From the human T2T-CHM13v2.0 reference genome, Homo sapiens, in assembly GCF_009914755.1 (NCBI RefSeq), contig NC_060929.1: a DNA stretch of 64,000 nucleotides; one strand, 5' to 3'. The notes under the pieces are model-generated. The model saw nothing but the letters and a program-made list of their open reading frames with translations. It ran no database searches and was not told the DNA's origin. Within the stretch, counting starts at the first letter, position 1, and each line of letters opens with the position of its first letter. Shown piece by piece: positions 42,407-58,189 of the stretch. The translations under genes were made by a program, and so were the position numbers.

Positions 42407-44158
42407 GTAAGGAATTTCACATTTGACGATGCTACATTTCATTGAGTAGTTGTTATGCTAATTATTTTTTTAAGATACTGATGAAAGAAGTATCTTTCTA
42501 CTTTTGGAAAAGTTTTGTTGCAAATACAAATATGTATTGTATTTATTGCAAAACTTATGAAAAGGCAAATCTATATTGGTCATGTTTTTCAGTCTGTTTC
42601 CTAAAAAAATAAAAAATGAATGCATGAAATGGACTCACTAGAAAGCCAAATCATTATTATTTTTAACAAAATAGAAATTTGTGTATTGTTTTTTAAATGA
42701 AGAAAATTAATTTATGGAATATGCATATCATCAGTTTTTGTCACCAAAAGTGTAGACATTTGTAACTATAGTATCTATTTTAGGGCTTCAGTTATATTTT
42801 TTTCAGCTAGAAATTTGAATTTTAAAACAGAACTTAATATTTCCTAAATATGTCATCTCTTTTATGCTTCTGCACATGCTGTCACTGCCTAGACCTTCCT
42901 CTGTCTTTCAGTTGTTAGTGTCTCCAGAAATTCTGTTTCACCTTCTTTCTCCCTAACAGAAAATGTTTTCCCCTTGCTATTCAAATAACTGTATTTGATA
43001 ACCCTTATTCTTCTGGGAAGATCTTTTCTTTTTTTGAGACATGAGTCTCGCTCTGTCACCCAGGCTGGAGTGCAGTGGCCTGATCTTGGCTCACTGTAAC
43101 CTCTACCTCCCAGGCTCAAGCAATTCTTATGCCTTAGCCTTCCAAGTAGCTAGAGTTACAGGCATGTGCCTCCACGTCCAGCTAATTTTTGTATTTTTTC
43201 ATTTTTAGTAGAGATGGGCTTTTACCATGTTGGCCAGGCTGGTCTCGAATTGCTGGCCTCAAGTGATCTGCCTGACTTGGGCTCCCAAAGTCCTGGGATT
43301 ATAGGAGTGGACCATCACGCCTGGCTGGGAAGATCTTTTTTTTTTTTTTTTTTTTTTTAATTTAAGTGTCCAGTTTCAGGAGGTTCATAGTGGAGAAAGG
43401 ACACCTGACTAGCCATGCAAAGGCTAGACCTCTGGTTAGCTCTTTGAGATCATAAAGATTCACATACCATCTTGGTTGTGATATATTTAAAGTGAGCTAA
43501 TCAGTTAACCAGCATGCATTTATTCATTCTTTTAACAAATTCTTGAGTACTTACGGAGAGCCAGACACTGTACTACATTTTAGGGATTAAAAAGATGATT
43601 TAAATAACAGTTCCTGCACTTTGAAAGTGACTGAGATGTAAACAATACCGCACAAAAGTACAAGCCCAACAGTACAAGCCCAGCATAGGTATATGATGTG
43701 AGAAAATAGAGTTTATGTGGCTGACATCCTTCATAATTTCCAAATCTATTCCTTTCTTCACTGTCAATTGTCTTTATTTTAAAGTTCCTGTTTCTTCTTA
43801 TATAAACTATTGCAGTAGCTGCTTTATTGATCTTGGGTCTACTTTTTTCCTTTTAATTTTTCTTCCAAAGTACCCCCCCACAGTATGCTCTTTCCAAAGT
43901 GATCTTGTCATTTCCCATATTAAAGTCCTTCATTGACTCACATACATTGAACTACCTATAGAAGATGGTTCAGATTTCTTAGCGAAATACGTAAGACCCT
44001 TCATGAGTTAGCCCTTATATATGTCTCAGTTCTCATCTTCACCACTTTCTTGAATGTGTCCAATAGTTATTTTCCATATCCTGTCTTTTGCTCTTATGTT
44101 TTCCGAATTTCCTAGCTTTTTTGTTTGTTTGTTTGTTTTGTTTTGTTTTGTTTTTTAA

Positions 44159-44254
<96 letters not shown>

Positions 44255-44593
44255 TGAATAGCTGGGACTACAGGCATGTGCTCCCACGCCTGGCTAGTTT
44301 TGTATTTTTTGTAGAAATGGGGTTTTACCATGTTTCCCAGGCTGGTCTCCACCACTTGAGCTCAAGTTTTCTGCCCGCCTCAGCCTCCCAAAGTGCCAGG
44401 ATTAAAGGCATGAGCCACCATGCCTCACTGCTTCGTTTCACTTCTCTTCTCTCTTCTCTCCTCTCTCCTCTCCTCTCTTCTCCTTTGTCCCTTGTCTTCA
44501 CTTTTCTTCCTTTCCCTTTTCCCTTTTCTTTTCTCTTCTTTCCTTTTCAAATCTCACTGTCACCAAGGACAGTGTGCAGTGGCGGGATCATAG

Positions 44594-45021
<428 letters not shown>

Positions 45022-45877
45022 TGACTAATTTTTAAATTTTTTGTAGAGGTGAAGTCTCCCTGTGTTGCCCAGGCTGGTCTCAAATTCCTGGGCTCAAGCA
45101 ATCCTCCTACCTTGTCCTCCCAAAGCACTGGGATTACAGGAATGGGCCACCATGCTCAGCCATAGTTTTCCCTTAAAATGCAATTTAGCTGCCACTTTCT
45201 TACTCTTGACCTTTCCTTTAAGTTTGTCATTCACATCAGGCCTATGACTTTCTTAAAGAGAGGTGCTCAGTCTTGTTTTTCTTTCTTTAAACTTCCCTCT
45301 TACAGAAGGTGTTCAGTCTTAAATATCTCCATCCTTAATATCTAATATAATGCCTGGAATGTAAGTACTTAATAAAGGTTTGGATGAATTTATTGATGCT
45401 GTAGGTGATAGATTTTGGGCAGCTTAAAAATAGACTTTTAAACAAAAATACCCAGATTTCATTTCAAAATAATGGGGTACTGTGGAGGTGCTTAGGGAAG
45501 TGGTAGGAATATGAATGAGCTAAGTAATACTAGTCTCTACTTTTGTATATATTTGAAATATTCCATAATGCATAGAGAAACGTAAGTTCTCTATCTCTGA
45601 CAGTTTTCAGAAAGACTGATTAACTATGTGGGCATGAAGGATCTTATAGATAGATTGAATATTAAATAAATTGTTAAAGCTACTAAGGACTCTCCTGAGA
45701 ATGTTGTATTAAAAAAGAAGACAGCGGAAGTGGAGACAGAGGTAGAAAGTTATAAGTGCATTGTTGATATAATCAATAAGAAAAGTGGGAGATTGTAATA
45801 AATAGTGTTACCTAGACACTATTTCTTAAATCCTAGAGTTCTGAGTAATCTTCTATTCTCTTTAGAAATATATTATA

Positions 45878-46045
45878 GAAGTGTGCTGTCTGACCCAATA
45901 GCCACTAGCCATATCTATTTATATTTAAATTTTATTCAGACAAAGTAATTAAAAATGTGGGTCCTTGGGTATACAAGCCACATTTCAAGTGTCTAGTAGA
46001 ACATATACATCATCACAGAAAGTTCAGTTGGAGAGGACTGCTCTA
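45878..46045. mobile_element. MER3/MER33-like hAT-Charlie MITE fragment
   Basis: tagccactagccat, agccacatttcaagtg, catcacagaaagttc motifs. Confidence 0.65.
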
Positions 46046-46532
46046 GAAGACAGAAAGAAAATAAAATAATGAATATTAAAAACGCTAAAAAAGTAGCCCT
46101 AAATAATCTTCATTTACTAACTAATGAAAAAGAAAGTAATCTTGGGTAAGAAAGAGGAGGATTCTGGCGAGTATTATAAATTGAGAGGTTAGCTGGTCAT
46201 TTAAATCAAAAGGACTTAATGAAATCTATAATCTTTGTTCTCATCAGTGAAATAAAGAGCACAAAGGGAGAGTACCTGCTAGTCATTAAATATTATAATA
46301 ACTTGAAAAATTGAGAAATTAGATCTATTTATTAAGAATTAAGTACTCATGAGATATTTGACATTGTTTAATTTTTGAAGGAAGAAATATATTCATAAAA
46401 TTTTGTTGAACTTTCTATTTTAAGAAAATTTTATTAAAATTCCAGCAGTATTCTAGAAGGAGAAATATTTTGTTCACAAATGACTTAGTGAATTGCTTGT
46501 ATGTTATAGATTTTTGGGTTCATGTTTTTCAG

Positions 46533-46661
46533 GTCTTGCCTTTTCAATGAAAGCTTTTGTCATCAAATTTCAGAAAATATTGGCTCCAAGGTGCTCCACC
46601 TGACGCTACTCAAATTTTTCTTTAATTTAATTGAAAGTGAAGTACAACATCTGAGTCAAAA
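46533..46661 (+). CDS. SLF1: SLF1 coding exon 12 (SCLFNESFCHQISENIGSKVLHLTLLKFFFNLIESEVQHLSQK)
   Basis: tttttcag|G and AAA|gtaagt; 129 nt, phase 2-2. Confidence 0.95.
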
Positions 46662-47224
46662 GTAAGTTCTAATCGCAAGAATAACACTTTTCTAAATTTT
46701 GGTTGTTTTTATGCACCATTTTTTTTTTACAATTATTATAAATATATTTCTAAAAAGTCACCTTATTTTCTATTTTAAGATAGATTTGTTTTTAAAACAT
46801 ATTTCCAGATATTCTCAGTGGGAGTAAAGGTTTATATGCCCTTTTAAAAAATTTCCTCAGTTCACTTCCACTGTTCATTTGGATGGATAATAGTGTTTTC
46901 ATTTTTTAGGATTTTAAAAAAATTCTTTAGTAATTGAATGCTAAGTAAAAAACTACACCAATTTTAAACACTGAGCCTACAATGGTAAGTTTTGCTCCTG
47001 CTCTAAAACTTGCAGATAGATTACTGTGTATATATACATTGTCAGTGACTTTATTGAACTGGGGCCATTTTTTATATTTTGTCCTTTATTATAATTGTTA
47101 TAATCTTTATATTTTATGATCTATGTTCAAAAATTGCTAGCATTTTTTTTGACAGGAGAGATGTCAAGTAATTGTCATGATCAAATTGGCTTAAAGATAT
47201 ACTTTTTGTTTATATTTTAATTAG

Positions 47225-47390
47225 GTTGTATGACTGGTCAGATTCTCAGAATCTGAAAATAACAGGAAAGGCAATGCTTCTTGAAATTTTTTGGTCAGGA
47301 AGTGAAACCTCTGGGCTTTTGACCAAACCAGTAAATATGCTTTTGGAATGGACTATATATTCTCACAAGGAAAAATTCAAGTCTAATGAT
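47225..47390 (+). CDS. SLF1: SLF1 coding exon 13 (LYDWSDSQNLKITGKAMLLEIFWSGSETSGLLTKPVNMLLEWTIYSHKEKFKSND)
   Basis: aattag|G and GAT|gtaagt; 166 nt, phase 2->0. Confidence 0.95.
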
Positions 47391-50300
47391 GTAAGTAGGA
47401 TTAATTTATAGATGAATAGTCTATGGAAACAGCACTTTGAATTATTTACCTTTTCCTCTCCTCTTTATTCTTTGGATCACTCGAAAACAATTAAAATGTA
47501 CCCAAATATATCATTGTTTTCTATTTAGTTTAGTTTTAAGGTAAAAGGTCCTTGGAGACTGGTTCCTTCATCGTCTCATGTTTGCATGTAGTAGCTAGTG
47601 AATTATATGATAGTTACTGCTAAGAAATCTCTAGTTACTTACCTTTCTAGATTTTTTACTTTTGTGCAATTTGATTCATGAAGAACTTAAGATTTAAAAA
47701 TAAATGAGTCAATCCATACAATTTTTGAGGGGTACTACTAATAAATATTAATATTTATTAGTATTATTTTAAAACTACCTCTTTTGATGTTGAGTTATTT
47801 TCTGAAATATTTGTTTATAAGTTGATTTTGCCTGTCATTAGAAATTTAACATATAGTGATTTTAGTGTATTATCCATCTCAAGGATAATAGCGTATATAG
47901 CAACATAACTTTGGCACATTTTGGTTGCATAATAAATATTAGTCACCTTTTTCCTTTTCAGAATGATCTCCCTTTGGAATTATATTATCTCCTTTTTTGC
48001 GTTACATCATTCATTTTGCTCTTTTCTTTTAATTTTTTTTTTTTTTTACTTTTTCTCGTATCTTCTTGAATCTTTTTTTCTTTTTAGTCTTCATTTCTAA
48101 TACATCCACCTAATATAAATTACCTGTTGAGTACAACTTGACATTCATTTCGTAGTTTGGTACTTTAACCTAGAGTGCTCTGTTTTTTTTCAAAGTATTT
48201 TCTATTGTTAATTTTGATTTCCCTCTTTGATCCAAGAGATATTTTTAAAAGATGTTTTAAGATTTCTAGATAGATGGGTTTTGTTTGTTTGGCTGTGCTT
48301 TTTTTGGTTAGTTTCTAATAGTGAATTATAGTGAAAGAATGCACCTTATGCAATTTCTGCTATCTGAAATTTACTGAAGTTCTCTTTTTGGCTCCATATA
48401 AGACTAGGAACCAGAATGTGTTTTTTCTGTTGGATTGGATCAAACTTCATAATTGTTTTAATCAATCCTTCTGAATCGACTTTGTTGATTTGCTCATCTA
48501 TTTATTTTTAAGTTTCTGCTTCATGTATGCTAATGACACCTTATTATTCATAACTGATATATCATGACTACTAGTTATGATCCTATAACTGCTAGTTAGG
48601 TAATATCTTTTTCAGGGATCGTAAGCATAGTAGTTAGGGTGGAGAGCTCTGGTATCAAACTACCATGAAGTCTATTCTGTCTTAACAAAAATGCTTATGT
48701 AGTTTCTCGTCAAATACTTCCTCAGATCCATTTTCTCTTCTCTACGTTTTAAATTACCATTAAACTTACGTTATACCTTTTCTTCATATTCTTTGTGTTT
48801 TTCACCTTGTATCTCCCTCCCTTTCTCTCTCTCTCCCTCTTTCTCTCCCTCTACCATTTCCCCTGTCCTCCTCTTTCTCCCTCTTCCCCCGCCCCATATA
48901 GATTTTTTTTTTCTGTACTTGCCACATTCTGGATAGTATTTTCATCCAGTTTTTAGTTCATTAGTTCTTTCTTCAGCTATGTCCAGTATATTGTTAAACA
49001 TGACCATTGCATTTAAATTTTTTGTGTTTTTTCCAGTTAAAAGACTTTTTAACTGTTCCAAACCACTATGACTTGTTTTTATGAGTTTCAAGGTTTTCTT
49101 TTGTCTTTAACATGGCAATGACATTTATTATCTATGCTTGATTATTCCATATCTGAAGTCTTTATGGGTCTGTTTCTGTTGTTGTTTTTGCTGTTTCCTT
49201 CTCTTGTGCTTTTTTATTTTCTCTTGCAAGCTTATTATTCACTATATGCTTTTAAATTGCATTTGAGAAGTTATTTGTAGAAACAATACGTGATAAAGAC
49301 CAGAGTATCTTCCCCCAGAAAGAATTTCTGTTGAACTTCTGCCAAGTGCCTGGGTGTACCACTAGTTAAGGACTATTCTAATCCAATGTCTATGTTTGGG
49401 GGACTCTGGGTAGTTCAAATGAAGTAAAGGGCTACATATACATTTAGTTTTGCTTCTGATTCACTCTTACCATGAGGATGAAGCCCTTCACTTTTTCATC
49501 CTATGAGCAATTAGCTTTTGGCCATGACTTTTTTTTTTTTTAATCTTTTCTTCCCTTGTGCTCCAGAAACCACAGTTCTGTATTCTAGATTCTTCCTTAA
49601 AATCAGTGAAAGTCCTCAGGGCGAAGTCAGGTATCTGAGTAGCTCCCTTGAGTACCTCACTAGATTTTGGCCTAGCACTTCCTCATAATTTGTTCTCTTT
49701 TTTTTCTGAAATGTTTTGCTTATTTTATTTAACATTTTTAGTTTTAGTTTTCTTCTCTAAGTGGGTTCAATTGAGGCCGGGTGCAGTGGTTCCTGCCTGT
49801 AATCCCAGCACTTTGATATGCTGAAGTGGAAGGATTGCTTGCGGCCAGGAGCTCAAGACCAGTCTGAGCAACATAGTGAGACCCCCATCTCTACCAAAAA
49901 AACAAAACAAAACCAAAAATAAAACAGATGTAGTGGTGTGCACATGTATTAGTTTTAACTACTTGAGAGGCTGCCCTGGGAGGATTGCTTGAGCCCAGAA
50001 GTTGGAGGCTGCAGTGAGCTATGATTGCGCCGCAGCATTCCAGCCTGGGTGACAGAGTGAGACCTTGTCTCTTAAAAAAAAAAAAAAAAAAAAAAAATTC
50101 ATCTGAATTACCTAGGCCTTCATTAGAAATAGAAGTTCTTGCTGGTTTTTTAAAAAATACTGTTTGTTTAGTTGTCTGAGGCAGGAAAATAAAAGTTAGT
50201 TCTTTTTGAGGTACTATTTTTTTTTTTCTAAATCAGCATTAAAACGGGAAGATTGCTCTGAGTATAGCTAGATTTGTTTGTGATCAAGTAATCCTATTAT

Positions 50301-53300
50301 TTAACAATAACCAGGTGAGTAGACACTGTTTTGTGCATGTATCTGATTTAAAAGGAAGTATAATTTTGCAAATTACAGAAATTGAAAATACTTAAATAGG
50401 ACTACTATTTAGACCTCATTGCCAATTGAGTATAGCACTTTAAAGCTGATAGCATCTTTATAAATTACCATCTGTCTTTTTATTTACTTTTTATACAATG
50501 CAATCATTAAGGATAGAAAATATTTCTTCATTATAGAACGTTTCTTTTTTTCATTCATTTGATTACATAAATGAAATTGCTCATTTATAATTTAAAACAA
50601 TAAAATGATGTTGTCACAATTTTACTAAGTCTTCAAGGGACTATCACAGATAAGAAATTACTTAAGAAGCTCTGATGTAAATAGTAACAGATTTATACAT
50701 ATTTAACTTGAAGATTTTTGTTCAAACTTATAAATAAAAGCAACATATGTGTGAAGCAGTCTGCAATAAATTGTAGCATTGTGATATGAGAACTGGTTTT
50801 AAATTTTGCAAATTAATATTTTATTTAACATTTGAATTGCTTAAATTGATATAAAACTGCTTTTTAAAAATTGTATTACCTTTCTGCTAGAATTCATTCT
50901 TGTACTTAATTAAATCTTTTTGGCAGTTTCCAGTTTCAAGAATTCCATGCATGTTCACAGACATCATTTTCTGTACTGTAAAGCATTTGTTTCTTGATTT
51001 GCTGAGTTGAAGTATTCAATTTAAGTCATTAGCTAAACAGAAGTCCTCAGTTTATGCTAATATTGTTTTGTCATAATGTCAATCAGCAAGTATTGCAGAG
51101 TGACACAATGGCAGTGAATTTCATTGTCATTAATCTGAGAAAATGTTGGGCTTTCCTTGGCAAAGAGCAGAGGTGGGCTGTGTCAAGGTTATGGAGGAGG
51201 TACAATTTTTACTAGTCCCACTTTTCTTTGAGATGTTCTTAAGTGCTATTGATAATTCTACAATATAGGTAGAAATGTAAGCTAGTTTATATTAATAGAT
51301 AAGAAAGTTGATAAAGAGTTTAAATAACTTATTCAAGGTGTCACAGCTTGTTAGGGCAAAGCCTTGACTAGAGGCCAAGTCTCCACTGCACCACACTTTC
51401 TCATGTTTCAAATGCCAGTGTTTAAAACAGGAAGAGGCACAGTGTGTGCTTTATGTTTGCATCTTTCCAACAGAGTAGTTTGTCACATATTACAGTGGGA
51501 TATCATGGAAATCCCTAACCTGGGAGTCAGAAGGCCAAGATGCTAGTTTGTTCTACTTTACAGATTAGTCAAGTTTTGGAAGATTGCCAATTTTATAAAC
51601 TAGAAGTTATCTCTACTGGCAGATGATATAGAACCACATTGACAGAATGTCTGGTAATAGAGTTAAACATATTAGAAAGGAATTCTAAGGTAAATATATA
51701 TCATATATGCAAATCTTGTCAACCTTTTATTTCTTTGTTAATTCTTAGGGTATTCGTGTTCTCTTCTGTCAGCTTTAACAAATATTTCAGTATTCCAAGA
51801 AAGCTGTTTTCCTTTGATGATTTATTTACTATTTTCTTACTAATCTATTTCTAAAGCTTATATATCCACTAATACTGGAAGGAATAGCATCGTTGATGTA
51901 TTGTTAAAGTGGCAGTGAGTATAGTCCATAGCACACTGTCTTGGCCCTATTATTGTTATGAGTGTGCTAGTTAAGATTATGGTATAAAAGGATCTAAGAA
52001 CCTGAGTTGAAAGTGTCTTTTCATATAAAAACTTACTATTATGGCTATGTAGTAGTGTGCATGTTTAGCTAATGACATGAAAAGAACAACAACTTTGGCA
52101 GGATCTTTTTTATCATAGTAAAAAAGCTATAGTTATTCCTCGAAATCACTGCAAGACCTCTTCTGTTTAATAACATTAATATCAAGGTAAATTTAATATT
52201 AAGCAATATATTAATATTCTATTGTGATTTTAACTGTATGTACCACATATTTATATAAGGAAGGAGGGAAAGTCCCAACTGGTTGATTTTTTTTTTTTTT
52301 TTTTTTTTTAAATGTTGTTTTTGGTTGTTGGAAAGCTGGATTGTGTTTTTATATAAGGCTTCACTTTGTGGGCTAACATCCTTCTTTCCTGCCCAGAGTC
52401 TTAAAGCCTGGGTGGTCTAAAGTGATCTTGATTTACTATACCCTTGAGATGGAGAATACTTTCAGAAATCAAAATTTACCAACCTCTTGCTTCTTTCCTG
52501 AGTACTGTCACTGCTGATATTCAGATACATATTATGTTGGAAGGAACATTTTGTGGATGCATATGTGCATATGGACATAATCAGTTTACTAGTTTAAATA
52601 TATATTTTCACTGTTCTGTTTTATATTCTCTTGATAACAGTGAGAAGTAAGGATTAACTAACTTGCTCAGAGTGATCAAGCAAGATACTGGCTTTACAGA
52701 GAATGGAGTTGATTTCCTGCAGTGTTTTCTGGAGACTAGCACTAGACCCTAGTCCTGCCGATCACACCAGGGGAGGTGTTGGTGCTACTGATGTGGTCAG
52801 ACCTGCTGCTGGTTTCCCATGCCATATAGCCGCAACTGCAAGGCTTAAACTCAGCTGTCCTATCAAGGCAGGAGACTGGGTGGGATTGACAGCCACCTGT
52901 GAAGACTCACCTGCTAGGATCTGGCTGGCTGTCTTGGTCGCTGATCATGTCCGAAGAAGTACACCACTTTCTTAATCATGCAGCTTTTAAAAATCTCCTC
53001 AGCCCCACACTTGAGGGTCTCTCTCCTAGATTCTAATGTCTAGCCCTACACGAATGCAGTATGCTGCCCTTGATGTGATAGGACAACAGAGGACCTGCAC
53101 ACATGCTACTGGTCCTGACTGTGTTTTCCTTCCATAAACACTGTTCTGGCAAGCTGGTTTTATGTGCTGCTGGACCATTTGCTTATGTTTGCACAATAAA
53201 CCAGAAATTAAACTTTGGTTTTGAAATCATTTATCTGCTAGCTAGAGCTATTAGATATGGAATGATATCCCAATGAAATATTGAATATACATATAAGAAA

Positions 53301-54289
53301 TTTCTTACCTGAGGGCAGGAGAAACAAATCCAGTAGTCACTGAGGGTTCAGAGTGCTAGGGATTTCTTTCTCACTAATCCCATATTAGGCATAATATGTG
53401 CTAGTTTGGTCTGTAATATATAACTCTAATACACTGAAATACACATAATTTATTCCGTAATATATAACATAATAACATACTGTTTATGAGTGTGTTAGTT
53501 TAGATTATAGTATAAAAGGATCCAAGAACCTGATTTGGAAGTGCCTTTTATGTAAAATGTACTATTCTAATCCCTAAAATTCCATGTAAACTATGAAGAC
53601 AAAGTGTGAAAATAATATTTTAAAAACACCTTTGATTTAAATATAAACATTTTTTCGAAACATTAAAACCAGCTGAAATTCCTGTTACTTGTCGTCTAGG
53701 CTTGTTGGATATGTGAAAAAATCACAAAACAGTTGGGTAAAAGGCATGTGAAAAGGTTTTAATAAATATTGTGATAATAGATTAGGTTATTAGTAATATT
53801 AGATCTATTAGTTATAGACCAGGTTCTTAGATCCTTTTATACTGTAATCTTTTATACATGAACAGAATGTTATATATTATGTTATTTAAGCATAATATAT
53901 GCCTAATATGGGATTAATTAGAAAGAAATTAGATGGCAGAACATAGTTATAATCTATTACTGTAGCATTTATTAAAATGTTTTCATATGCCTTTTACCCA
54001 ACTATTAATTTAGTGATTTTTTTTCCTACATATCCAACATGCCTAGACAACAAATAACAAGAACATAAGAATTTCAGCTGGTTTTAATGCTTTGAAAAAG
54101 TGTTTATATTTCAATCAAAGGTGTTTTTAAAATTTCATTTTCACACTTCTTCATCTTCATAGTTTCTACTGAATTTTAGAGATTAGAAAAATACTTTCAA
54201 ACATTAGCGTAGGGTAAAGCACGCTTAGAAGGTTTGTATGCCTTGTTACATTTCTTATAAGAATTTAATGATGTTTATTATAAAAGTAA

Positions 54290-54508
<219 letters not shown>

Positions 54509-54525
54509 TAGCCAGGATAGTCTCA

Positions 54526-54627
<102 letters not shown>

Positions 54628-55190
54628 CTACATCTCTAAGTTGGGTAATTAGTATTTGATATATAATTAAATAATAAAAATTGGAATCAGTATATTATAG
54701 CAAATGAATAATCTTGTTTACTAGAACTTTTATTCATTGGGTTTCTCAAGTCTTTCTGGAAAATGTCATAAAGAGAAATGTAAAGAATAATTCTGTATAT
54801 AAACAGTGGAGGTAGATAAATCTATCTTCTTTTATAGTCCTATCTCTCCTATTTATAAAAATCTACAAAAACCAGGTATTTTCTCATTATTTTAATGGAA
54901 TTATTTCCTAACAAACTTGATGGTATTGGATAAAATTAAAGTTTATTCTAAACTGTTAAGTTGTAGGTCCTTGGAAAATTTGCTTTGTTAACTCTTTTGT
55001 CATGTGGAGAGAGAGAGAGATGGAGGGGAGAGAATTAGTTAGCTAGGGTTCTTAAGAATACCTTTAATCATTACATACCCTGTATTTTTAAATAGCTATG
55101 TTTTGCCCCTCAAAAAGTATTCAAAATAAATACTAACAGAAATTCAATATTGTAATATATTTTAGTAATTTTTTTGTATCTTAATGTTAG

Positions 55191-55338
55191 GTCTTCAAAC
55201 ATGAACTAGCTTACTTATTGGCTGGAATTCTTGGAGCAGCAATAGATTATTGGATTTTCCTTGGTCTTAAGATGGGTAGAAATGTGATGCGACACATGTC
55301 TGATGACTTAGGAAGTTATGTTTCTCTTTCGTGTGATG
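55191..55338 (+). CDS. SLF1: SLF1 coding exon 14 (VFKHELAYLLAGILGAAIDYWIFLGLKMGRNVMRHMSDDLGSYVSLSCD)
   Basis: tgttag|GTC and ATG|gtaagt; 148 nt, phase 0->1. Confidence 0.95.
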
Positions 55339-55851
55339 GTAAGTTTGTCTATGTTCTGTTTTTTTCAGACCCATTCTGGAAATTAGTTTTGAATTTCTTT
55401 TAAGCAGTCTGTAAGCTTTAACATATGTTCATTTGAAACTTTCCTTAAAATAGTTATGGATGCACGCACACATAGATTCACACACACAGACAATATAAAG
55501 AGGAAGATTTAAAGTACCCATATTGTTCCTACACAGATAACTGCTGTTAACTTTTTAATGTCTTTCTGGTATTTCTAAGCATTTTTGTATAGTTGAGTTC
55601 ATACTATATATGTAATTTTGCATTCTTATTTTCCTCTAAACATTACAGGAGACTTCCCCCCACATACATTTATTATTCAAATATAATTATTTTACCTGGT
55701 GCAGTGGCTCACACCTGTAATCCCAACCTACTTTGGGAAGCCGAGGTGGGAGGATCTCTTGAGCCCAGGAGTTTGAGACCAGCATGTGCAACATAGCAAG
55801 ACTCTGTCTTTAAAAAAAAATTTAAAAATTTGCTGGACGTGGTCTATGCTA

Positions 55852-56037
<186 letters not shown>

Positions 56038-57480
56038 CTAACAAGAAATGAACATGGATGAAGCAAACAGAAGTAATTTATATGGATAATTTTTTTCACT
56101 CTTCTTTTCTCCCCATTACCTACTTTAAAGTCTCCCCTAAAATAAAGGGAGGAAGGAGTGTTATTTAAGAAACATGATAGCAGAACTCATTTCACAAGGT
56201 GAAAAGTTCTACCCAATTCTTTGGGCCTCTAGACTGAAGGAGGCTTCCATAAAGACCTTATGTAGATTCCCAAACTCCATAGCCAGTTTAGGGAGAGTCT
56301 TTGCCCATCCTTCCCTTTTTTTCTTTATTTCTTTATTTCTGTAATCCTTAATTCCTAAAATGAATACATTTTAAACCAAGTAAGTTTTTTTGTGGTTCTT
56401 ACCTATAAAAGATTATTTTTATATACTTTTATATACTTGATATTTTAAACTGCCAAATAAGTACTCTGCTACACATGTGTTTCAGTGTATCTTGATTTTA
56501 TATAAAGAAAAAATTCTTCAGTATGCCATCAATCACTTTAATACTTTGAAGAGAGACTTCAGAATAGGAATCCAGGTTATAACTGGGTTCAGGATTTATT
56601 CGATGATGCCCTCTGCAGAGAGAGTTCTCTTTTTATACTACCAAAGTTAGAAGATTTTTATCTAAAGCATTTTATCTCTTTTATTTTTTTCTTTTTCATT
56701 GAGCTGAGGGGGTGATTACAGTTCCTTTTGTGGAGTAGCTGTCCTTTGTTGCATGACTTTAACATTTCTTAGCTAACATTCAATCTTCCTGCAGAACCCT
56801 TTCTTATATTTCTTTCCCACCATTCCTACTAGGTAGTTTAGTGGTTTTTATCCTTTTCAGAAAACAGAATTCTGGCATTATTTGCTAGAATGGGAACTAA
56901 GCATTTGACTAACAGAATTTCCTGTTTTCATTCCTTAATGAAATTTGAGTTTGGAGACCTAGTAGAGGATTAGCAGTGGCTTTAGAGATTATCAGGATAG
57001 TTAGATGTCTTGTTTCCAATACATAGTAATTGCCCTTAAGGAATTATAATTTATTTTATAGTTTAGCCAAATGCATGAAATAATGAGCCTTGTATTAAAA
57101 GGATTCTACTACCTGTTATACATTTGCTTCAATGCTTTCTTCACTAATATTCTGAATTTCCCTTCGCTTTAAAGCAGGACATTGTTATCCAGTGTTATTT
57201 TCAGTTTTCACATGACGTGTAAAACCTAGAACTTTGATTCTGTGAGTAACATGAACTTAAACTGAACCTTAGTGTTACTATTATGATCCTGTCACAGATT
57301 ATTTTGCTCCCAAAGATCTATTAATATATTTGATCACTAACATTCAAAACTTTCGATGAGACTTAAATTGTCACTATTGAAAAGTACTTTTAAGCCTTTT
57401 TCTTTACCTTTCTCAAAATGTACACGTGTGCATGTGCACACACACGCAGTTGGTTGCTTAGGCTTCAAATTCGGTTATAG

Positions 57481-58189
<709 letters not shown>

